Below, in pieces: positions 54,703 to 64,000 of a stretch of 64,000 nucleotides of DNA. The DNA lies in NCBI RefSeq assembly GCF_009914755.1, contig NC_060925.1; one strand, written 5' to 3'. Source of the DNA: the human T2T-CHM13v2.0 reference genome, Homo sapiens. The notes beneath the pieces were generated by a model. The model did not search any database, was not told the origin of the DNA, and was given only the letters and a program-made list of their open reading frames with translations. A program made the position numbers and the translations under genes. Position 1 is the first letter of the stretch, and each line of letters opens with the position of its first letter.

Positions 54703-55559
54703 CTGTATTTTATATTAAAAAAGAAAGTAGGTATATAAAAAGGCTGCAGAAGGGCAGTTTGGGAGAGAGCAGAAAGTCAATTTCTTGAAGAAAAGCAAAA
54801 CAGTTCCCTGAAAGCACTCTATAGAAATGTGTCACTCTACCCTAAGTTTCTGCTTAGGAACATAGGAAACACTTTTCTAGCTTATAGTTGACATGAAGAA
54901 TGTTGTATTGATGCAAACAAATTCATACCTACTAATGATTATAGGATGTGATGCGATGTTATGTAGACCTAAGGTTTACTTTTGCTGCAACATAGTTAGA
55001 AGATTAAACCCCTGCATAAGTGACTGAATGACTGAAGAGAACAGAACACTTTGAACTATGACTCTTTGAATTTTTAGAAAATGAGAAAATACTACTTCAT
55101 ATATCAATTTAATTTGGGGGAAAATATGGCAAGACAATAAGAAAATGAAATGTCAAGCTTGATTAAGCTTATTTTAACTGGCTAGTGAACTCAATTTCAA
55201 ATATGTAAGACATATTTTGATTCAATATTTCGGTTTTATTCTAAATCTTTAACTAACATAATTGCTTCTATGTGTATTCTATTAGATGACTGTACCATTT
55301 TCTAATGTGAACATATTTCACCCAAATTTTCATAGTAAAAAATAAGTTCATAGGTTTTCCTTCAAAATGTCTCATGATAATTATTTTACCTAATATATTT
55401 TTACTTTGTTAGAAACCATATCAGTAACCATATGATATTTAAAATCTTGAGATCAATTGTGTCGAGTAAAACAAATTAAATCATGCCAGATAAAAATTAT
55501 GAATTTTTCCATAAAAGCATCATCTTCAGGAAGGACCTCAGGTAAGCAATTTTTCATTT

Positions 55560-57800
55560 GTCTAACCACTTATTCAATAAATATCGAGTCTCTTACAATG
55601 TGCCATATACCTGCTGCTCTAAGGTAAACACTGCTCCTAAGAGTCATACTGTCTAGTAGCAGAGGCAAACATGTGGGAGCAATACAACAATCAAGACAAG
55701 AAAGGAGTAAAGTGAAAGCAGAGAACAGAGAAGGCTTTTTGCTCCCTGGAAATTGGGAAAGGTTTAAAGCAAGGTTTTAGAAACTATATAAGATTCATGG
55801 AGGGTCCCCCAAGGAGGGGGACTAATATGCATGACATGAGGACATCAGGTTCAGAGAAAGGCACCAACTTAGCTAAGACAAAGGGTACATATGGAGGTGG
55901 GAGGTGAGGTAGTGTCTTGCCAGCTATGTAGAAGCCAGATTTTAAAGGACTTTCAGTGATAGGAGGGTCTGGTATGGAAAGAATGTTTGGTGTCTGTCTG
56001 AAACCAAAACTCATATTCTTCCCAGTATTACCTTGCACTAAAAGCTTAGCCTACCAGACATAAGAAGTACACATTGAAAACAAAATCTCGACTAGAATTC
56101 AGGAAATGCATTAGGAAATCCATTTAATTGTGAAAACATATTGAGAGTCATTAAAATAAGGATAATGATGATGCTGATGAAAGAGAAGACTCAATCTTAG
56201 AAGTATTTGTAAAAGCAACTCATTAGGACCTGGTAAAAAAGGTAAATGAGTTAGATGAATTAAAAAGAAATTAAGAACACATCTCATCTTTTTTGGGTAA
56301 CTAGGAGGGTGTTCTGCCATCATCACGTTATGAAAAGCATTTGAAAGAAATGCTGACTGTTGTTGTTGACAAGGAGGAGGGGTGAGTTCATTTTAAATAT
56401 ATTGAGTTTGAAATGCCTATAAAACATCCAGATGAAACTCTTTTTGAGGAAGTCAAACATAAAGATACACAGTTTGGGGATGGCCCAGCAAAAAGGAGAA
56501 AATACATGACAAAATAAATAAGATTATTCAGTGAGTGTAAAAAGACTGAGAGAAAAGGGAAAAGATTAGTGTCCTCAGCAAGACCAATGTTTTAAGGGTC
56601 TTGTAGTAGAAAATAGTTCTTTTAAGTGACAATGATCTCCTTAAAGAAGCTAAGAGAACTTAATGAAATCAGGAGAAACTAGTATTTTGGAAAATCAGTA
56701 GGGAAGAATAAGAAAAAAACAGAATGACAGAAAAAGGACAAAAAATATAAGAAATAAAAATCATTGGGCTAGGAAATGTGGGGGTCATTGACCACTTTAG
56801 AAAAGTGATTTTGTAGAAAGGTGTGGTAGGGGCAGGAACCTAATGTACAGTCATTTTAGGGACTGAAGTGAGATGAAAAAGTGGCAATAACAAAAGTAAC
56901 CACTTTCAATGCACTTGACCATGAAGGTAAGGAAAAGTACAGTGGAGGAGGCTTCACAGACAAAAGAAAAAACACTAAGGAAAATAAATTTCAATCATTC
57001 CATATATTGAGGGAAAAGAGCCAATTGAGAGGGAACAGTTGAACATACAAAGAGGGGAGACTGTAGAACAAGTTCTTACAGAGGAAGGGATAGAATCTAG
57101 GATGACGGTAGACATATTTTCTTTGGTTGTAAGCATGGTAATTGTTCATTTGTTCCCCTGAGTCGGTAGAGAGTGAAATCTGGCTTGGCTCAAATACGGT
57201 CAAGTTGATAGAGAGACTGAAAGTTGAATATGCATGCTTGTTTTTATCAGGAGAGTGTGAGACTACCTGAAGACATTCAGGTTATAGTGTTTCTAGATCC
57301 TAAGATTATTTTTCTTTCACTTTCTACATCTAAAATATATTAGAAAATCCTGTAAACAATAGATACTGTTTAATAAAAGAATTGGAGAGCTCAAAACAAG
57401 TTCTCATACCCGTATTAGTTTTCCTATAGTGTTTAGCAATCTAGCTACTAGAACTGAAAAGCGAGGTGGCTGGACTGATGGATCAAGGTTTGTGAAGCCC
57501 AATACAAGACACAAGATCAGGGTATTGGTAGAAATATGGTTGAAGAAATACATTATAGTGGCTCAGGTAAGGAGCAAGTAAGTTAACTAGAAAGTGGGCT
57601 AATAGCCAATGGTGTCAATGCGTTGGTGAACTTAATGAGAGAGACTGAGAGAGCTAGAGGGATATGAGGTTATATTTTGAGATTCAAGGTTTCAGCAATG
57701 GAAACATTCTGAGTTTATCAAGTTCCAGGGGATAACCATGCATATTGAAATAAGTCAGTATAATAGAAAGAGTTGTTGAGGGGTAATCTGGGAGCAGCCT
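55560..57800 (-). mobile_element. Long degenerate L2 tract
   Basis: ATTCAATAAATATCGAG 3' end followed by purine-rich L2 motifs (TTGAGTTTGAAATGCCTATAAAACATCCA). Confidence 0.55.
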
Positions 57801-57931
57801 CAGTCCTCAGATATGGCAGACCGTAATGTTAAGTTTTATGAAAGACTGCTTCCTTTCAGTTGCATGGGAAGTGTTAAAAGAAAGCCAAGCACATAATAGG
57901 CACTCCGTATATATTTATCTAAGTGTATTGA

Positions 57932-58236
57932 TTTTTTTTTGTTTTGTTTGTTTTGAGACAGAGCTCTCTTGCCCAGGCTGGAGTGCAGAGGTGCAATCAC
58001 AGGTCACTGCAGCCTTCGACTCCCAGTCTTCAGCAATCCTCTTGCCTCAGCTTCCCGAGTAGCTGGAACTAGCTACAGTGTCTGGCTAACTTTTTATTTT
58101 TATTTTTATTTTCATAGAAAAAGGGTCTCACTATATTGCCCAGGCTGGTCTCGAACTACTGGCCTCAAGCTACCCTCCTATAATCCCAGGCCTCTAAAAG
58201 TGCTGGAATTATAGGGGTGAGCCACTGCACCCAGTC
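57932..58236 (-). mobile_element. AluJ
   Basis: TTGAGACAGAG...GCCCAGGCTGGAGTGCAG...CACTGCAGCCTT...GAGCCACTGCACCCAG; diverged. Confidence 0.88.
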
Positions 58237-58593
58237 TTAATTTTTTAATTTTTTTTTTTTAGTAAGAGTTACTTAAAGTTAACAGTATTATTTAATACAG
58301 TAACAAAGCAATGAATAGAGGAAGGTGGAGGGTGGAAGCATGGCATAGTAGGGCATATAGACCTCCAGCTCAGGCATATGGTCCTCAAGAGGAGGAGCCA
58401 AATGGTAAACATCTTTGTATCCTCCACAGTGTATGCACATGTAGATGACTCAACGATGCTCAGTGAAGGTCACCACAGCATGAGCTCATTCACATGTTCA
58501 CTCATTCATTCATTCAACAATATTGATTAACATGATAATTGCTAAGGCTTAGGCACTGAAGATACAACTATAAAGAAGAGAACCAAGGTCCTT

Positions 58594-58701
58594 AGATTCA
58601 TAGACATTACGTTTCAGCGAAGATTCATAGACATTACATTTCAGCGAAGATTCATAGACATTACATTTCAGAGAAGATTCATAGACATTACGTTTCAGAG
58701 A
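58594..58701. repeat. 27-bp minisatellite, four copies (AGATTCATAGACATTACRTTTCAGMGA), inside an L2 3' end
   Basis: Copies start at 58594, 58621, 58648 and 58675. Confidence 0.95.
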
Positions 58702-59822
58702 AAGAAGCCAACAATACACAAGAGGACAAACAAATATTTAAAAAAGCAGAAATTTTAATAAATACTATGAAGGGATAAATTTCCATTTCCCTTCTTAGCA
58801 ATATTGGCATTGTGTATGCTAGGAATGTTAAAAAAAAAAAAAAAAAGATGAACGTATCTTAGACTCTTAAAAGCCAAGACTTGTATTTGTCTATTTGCCT
58901 AGAAATCAAGAATCTAAGGGTAAGATGTTCATATTTTTCTCCTGTTTCTATGCTAGTTCTTTAAAACAACTTTTAAGAATTAAAATTTTAATAACGTATT
59001 TAACAGTGGTATCAAACTAATGATTAAAGACAAGGAAAAGCAGTTACAGTTGCCCATTGTATTTAGAGAAATGTATAAAAATGTTTATAGCAGTCTTATT
59101 CATTGAAGCAAAACATGGGAACAACCAATACATCATTGGTAAGAGAAGAGAAATACTACACAGCCAAGAAAATGTATACCTATGTGGACACATAAATGAC
59201 TCAGAAACAATGTTGAGTGCTAAAGAGAGAGTATAAAACCAATTTTATAAATTTCAAAAGCAAGAATTTGTAGGCATTCATTAGGTGTTCAAACTATAAA
59301 AATGCATGTGAATAACAAATACAAAATTCTGATTACCTATGACATCTGAAAGGAGATGGAAACAAGATAGGAAAGACTTTATAGATAGACCAAAAATGAT
59401 AATATTCAGTTATCAGGCGTGGTGGTAGGTCCAGGAGTGTTCACTATATTATTATACTTGATTATCTATATGTCATATGAAAAATATATAATATATATGC
59501 TTTCAAAACTCATATCAAAAGATAATGAGGGAAATAGTGTTTTTCATATCTTAAGATACTAAATTGAATTTTCTTAATTCCTTATATCTAGTCTGTTTTC
59601 TTAAAATTATAATTGTTACAATTGTCATCTTAAAAAATTACTAGGATAATAAAATACAAAATGTTTCACAGGACTTCAAAACTAAAAATGACTGGGAAAA
59701 AAAATGAACAAATGTGAATTTGTAAAGAAACCCCAATTAAGTGTAATGCCAACACATGGTTTATTTATTTTAAAGTTGGGTCCTATATTTTAAAGTAATT
59801 TTAATCAAATTAATTCACATAC

Positions 59823-59953
59823 AGCAAGAAAATCAGGTCCATCTTTGTTATAAACGAAAAGAAGCAATCCATTTAATTGGTCAGTTCTGAACTTAAAGGA
59901 AATCTCAAAGTTCATTCCACCATGAAACATATATGGATGAAGTTCCAGGAACC
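59823..59953 (-). CDS. USH2A: USH2A exon 26 (131 nt, phase 1-0): GFLELHPYMFHGGMNFEISFKFRTDQLNGLLLFVYNKDGPDFLA
   Basis: Acceptor TTTAAAG|GGTT and donor GCT|GTATGT; LamG ISFKFRT...GLLLF motif. Confidence 0.96.
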
Positions 59954-61064
59954 CTTTAAAGATAAAAATATGTACATATTAGCATGTGTAACACAATATT
60001 GCCAGCATTGTAAGGGTGCTAAGAAACTCTAGGACACAGTCTGCCACTGAGTAAATCTCACAAAAGAAGATGCAAATCAATGTTAAGAAATTCCTTTTGT
60101 AATTGCACAGAAGTGACAGAAAGACCTTGATATACTAAGAAAGACTTTGATATATATTATACTTTTTAACAGGAAGAAATTTGCTCTCTAAATCATGTGT
60201 TGTCTGTATCATGTAAGATTATTACTGTTTCAGATAAATATTAACAATAAGTAGTTTGCATTGACTAAAAGAAACTCAGAATGACCTTGATGAAAACAGA
60301 ATAAAAAATGTGTAGATTATATTATTAATATCATATGCCTTTTTGTGCTGAAGGCAGTTTAAGCAACTTAATAACCAACCAACTTAGCTGTAAATATAGG
60401 AGGCAGTGATGGGCTTTTATTTGATGAACAAGCCGGGTGCACCAAGCCACCATCATCCCTCTCCCCTTCCCCTGGGTGGAAGTCTCTGCTCTGATCAGGC
60501 AGAGACTCAATGTGCATGCATGTCAGGGGTAAGCTACAGACACTTACACCTCCCCTTTCATTGTAGCCTTTTGAGCAATGGCAGGGATGGTGGTTCTAGT
60601 CTCCAGTTCTCTCTCAATGGCCTACTTAACCCATTACCTAGCCGAGAATTAACTAAGAACATTGTTCTTCTATATAATGAGATAAATAGGCATTTGTGGA
60701 TTAACCTAGTAAACAAAACTCTTTGAAACATCTTTCTGAGTGCATTCTAAGTACACCTCTCTAACTGCATTCTAGTTTCCAAACAACTGATTTGCAAATG
60801 GACATTGGTGATGCTAACATATGTAAATCAAGAACTGCATGAGTTACCAGAGATATCATACATGGATGTATACTTATGAGTCTTATAATTTATATTGCAT
60901 ATTCAGATGTCAAGAATATATTTGTGTGCACCATTGGAATAACTAAGTATTTCTGTGATACTAGGTTCATATGAGGTCAAGTTAATCAAACAGGAGAGAT
61001 TAAATTATACAAAGGATAGAACATAGATTTTAAGTGAACACTCATGTCTTTTTTAGAGCATTAC

Positions 61065-61244
61065 CTGCTCCTAGGAACTGAGCTCCCTCATTTAATGAAG
61101 CGGGACATCCCTCCCAGCTGTTATACACGTTGATTTGTTCTTCAGAACTCTGCCAATCCAGAGGTTCCCAAATAGCTGACGGATTGTAATTCTTCATAAA
61201 ATGTACATCCTTGAGACATCCCACAAAACCTTTTTGGATTATCT
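61065..61244 (-). CDS. USH2A: USH2A exon 25 (180 nt, phase 1-1): EIIQKGFVGCLKDVHF...WEGCPASLNEGAQFLGA
   Basis: Acceptor CTGCAG|AGAT and donor GCAG|GTAATG; LamG C-terminal GFxGC..V motif; overlaps ORF 61042..61224. Confidence 0.97.
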
Positions 61245-62082
61245 CTGCAGGAGTTTATAGATATCAAGAAATATATATTTTGAAAGATTATTTTCAAGCA
61301 ATTAATTTTATGTGCCATTAAAGTCAAAGAAATAGGCACTAGCTCTCACTACCTATTTACTGCAAGCCTCTTAATGATTCATGTAAACACCACACCATCA
61401 GCTATAGTAAATGATAGCAATTATAATGTTTAGTGCTGGTTCAAACCCATCATATCTGCAGAAACAGATGTTTATGCAGAAACCTTGGTTTTGCAGTAGC
61501 AAGAATATTGCCTTTTCAACTAACACAGAAAATTCATCTGCCACTAGCCTCAAAAATAAAGTACTATAATTTTAAAAGTTAGATTGGAAGGGAGTGTTTC
61601 TATTTAATATATAGTTTACAGTTTAGATTCCTCATCTATGAACCAGTCTGTTACTGAAGTAAATCAATAATTTGGCTTCATATTTTGGGAAATGTATATA
61701 GTGTTGATCTTGAATGTGGAACTCTCCAGACCAGGTAGAGGTGGCTTTATAAATACAGTGAATAGGGTGATAACAGAAGGTTGAGAGAGAAAATGTGCAA
61801 ATGAGAGAATTAGAGAAAAAGCAAGAAAAAAAAATCAAGAGGAGGAGAAGGTGCACTGAGGTCGAATTTCACACAGCCACCTCCTTTCCTATGGGGGCAA
61901 AGCTTAGTTTTCAGCTTTGAGTTTATGAGAGTTTTATAAGTCCAATTTACATAGACAAAGTAAAATTGGTTATTCATAATGGAGATGTGTCCTCTACAGG
62001 AAGGGTACTTAGTATCAGGGTATTCTCTCCTAGTACCTGAAGATACTATTTCCCAGAAGGGCAAAAAACAAAGGCTGTGTAC

Positions 62083-62087
<5 letters not shown>

Positions 62088-62117
<30 letters not shown>
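62088..62117. repeat. (TG)n microsatellite
   Basis: Read directly from the sequence. Confidence 0.95.
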
Positions 62118-62121
<4 letters not shown>

Positions 62122-63085
62122 AGAGGGACTTCTCTGTCAGTCTCAAGTAGTTGAATGAAAACCCTCTCTAATCTAGAGACATTTCTGAGGAGGTAACTAT
62201 AATCAGCCTTGAGGATTCAACTATATCCTTCTCCTAAATTTGATGAACACTTTCTATTCCTTTTGATCTTCATCATGATTCCCTGAGACTGCAACCCATG
62301 AACAAATTATACTTATCTGGGTTCTAGCTTATTTGTAATATTTATGTAGTTATATTTTAACTTCCTGGGAGAGACTTGGGAGGCACCCTGTGATTCTTAA
62401 TGAGGACTTGGGAAACAATCCTAGAATATTAGCATTGCGTTTGAAGGGTGATTTTTTTTCCTATCTAAGGTTAATTCCATTCATGTTCATTTTAATTAGT
62501 TTCATTTTAGAATATGTTCTTATGCTCTTGTTCTAAAAATATGAGAATCACTTTGTCTATAGCTCAATTATAGCACTAATGGCATTAGGCTGGAATTGTC
62601 TGTTTATACGCCCGTGACCTCTATTGTGATAAAGACCACATTTTATTCATCTATGAATATCTAGGGATTGGTTTAGTGCCTATCACATAGTATTCAGGGA
62701 ATGTTCTTCACCCTATTTAGAGTATAAATCAAGCTCATAGTTTTCCATTTCTGTGTTGTTTCACATTCAATTTAAAATCTTAGAAAAAACTATGCATAGG
62801 TCCTAAAATAACATACCTTTGACTGAAATTATTATAATTCATTTCAGCAAAAGTTTTAATGAATTCCTTTTATATATCAAGAACCGAGTACTAACAATAT
62901 AAATACAAGTCATATGGAATACATGGTTCCTTTAAAAAAAAGAGACCTAAAGGAAATTTTTGGCACATTAATATAGAAAATATAGCATGAGGTAGAACAT
63001 AATACTTATTCTTACTTTAAAATAATGTAAACAGGTTCTATTCTAAGTTTGGATGACAACATATAATATACCTTACTAAACTCAC

Positions 63086-63187
63086 CAGGATCCTTCCTGA
63101 GGATGGTATAACTTCGCGGGAGCCCTCCCAGAAAGACTCCTGTGTTATCTCCAATAACAGTACTACCATTCAGGATGGCAGAGGAAC
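63086..63187 (-). CDS. USH2A: USH2A exon 24 (102 nt, phase 1-1), LamG1: GSSAILNGSTVIGDNTGVFLGGLPRSYTILRKDP
   Basis: Acceptor CTCTTCTCTAG|GTTCC and donor CCTG|GTGAGT; carries the LamG VFLGGLP motif; not in the ORF track. Confidence 0.96.
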
Positions 63188-63885
63188 CTAGAGAAGAGGA
63201 GATGAGAAATACACCTTCACCAGGATACTCTAGTTTTACTAGCTCAGCAAATAATAAAATCCTTCACCAGCCTTTGGGATACCACTCTCTTGGTTTTCCT
63301 CTCTCCTCATTGCCTGTTCATTACTTTTCTTCACTGGCTCTTCCTCAACATCCCAGCATCATGATGTTGGAATGATCCAGACCGCCTGCCTCTCAGGCCT
63401 CTTCCTTTCTCTACCCATAGGCACCCCCTAAGTACTCTAGAGGGATGAATAGTGGGCTGGGTTCCAGTACGAACTGCCAGGGCCAAAGGCCAGGGGAACC
63501 TGGGTCTCTGACTGTGTGGCATAACAATGGAAATCCCTGTTCATATTTCTAATGCCCACCTTCTTTGAGAGAAGAGGCAAAGTTATTTGTGTTTGTTTTT
63601 CCAGAGCCCAATCCACTCCAATTAGCCCTACTTACATCTGTTCCCTTGGCTTTCAATACCATCCTTTGCTGGAAGTTCTGACTTCAGAACTAGACTTGTT
63701 TCTTGAGCAGCCTGCCTGATATCTCCCCTTGGGTGTCTTAGAAATCTCAGCCTTAACATGTTCTCAACTGAACTTTGAATGTCTCTCCCCAAACCTGCTT
63801 CTCCCACAGTCATGCACTCCCTGGTTTTGGCAGCTACATTCTTCCAGTTGCCTGAGACCCAAACCTGACAGGCTTGCTCGACATT

Positions 63886-64000
63886 AAGGGCCAGTAAACT
63901 CTGTCAAAGGCCAGACAGTGTCTTTGTAGACTATTCAGACTCAAGCAGCCATAGATAATACGTAAATGAATGGGTGTAGTTGTGCTCCAATAAAACTTTA
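63886..64000 (+). mobile_element. MER58A-like hAT MITE, truncated by the window end
   Basis: AAGCAGCCATAGATAATACGTAAATGAATGGGTGT...CCAATAAAACTTTA. Confidence 0.8.

Larger units (their letters stand above)
48800..63280 (+). ncRNA. USH2A-AS2: Probable antisense lncRNA (USH2A-AS2) overlapping exons 24-29; boundaries approximate
   Basis: Mostly recalled annotation. Sequence support is limited to a + strand candidate exon at 55413-55541 and AATAAA at 63253-63258. Confidence 0.4.

Noticed and set aside
58594-58701. CRISPR-like array of 27-bp repeats
   Set aside because: The copies are head-to-tail with no spacers, no cas genes are present, and the context is eukaryotic.
60282-60290. Perfect ERR response element (TCAAGGTCA), tempting given neighbouring ESRRG
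   Set aside because: A 9-mer is expected about once by chance in 64 kb on two strands; similar hits lie inside MIR and HSMAR2.

Overview
Mammalian, almost certainly human, genomic DNA: an internal 64 kb slice of USH2A (usherin) on the minus strand. I reconstructed nine consecutive coding exons directly from the sequence, all with GT-AG boundaries and splicing into one open frame (1,440 nt). Their sizes (102/180/131/274/204/81/192/114/162 nt) match my recollection of USH2A exons 24-32. They encode the end of laminin-G domain 1, all of laminin-G domain 2 and fibronectin type III repeats. The rest is AT-rich intron (1-22607 is part of intron 32) containing Alu, L1, L2, MIR, MaLR LTRs and DNA-transposon fossils: a full-length HSMAR2 mariner split by an L1, plus MER2, MER6, Tigger3a, MADE1, MER5 and MER58. 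Almost all ORF-track entries are noise. I found no novel multi-gene system and will not claim one. The best leads are: a pure (AAAGG)35 repeat in an AluY tail in intron 30; a latent 131-nt pseudoexon in intron 27; an FN3 half-domain after LamG2; a 49-bp-arm hairpin near exon 27; a candidate antisense exon and polyA signal; two homeodomain-motif-rich non-repeat blocks; and hints that this is a non-GRCh38 haplotype. Exon numbers, variant names and repeat subfamilies come from memory and are unverified.
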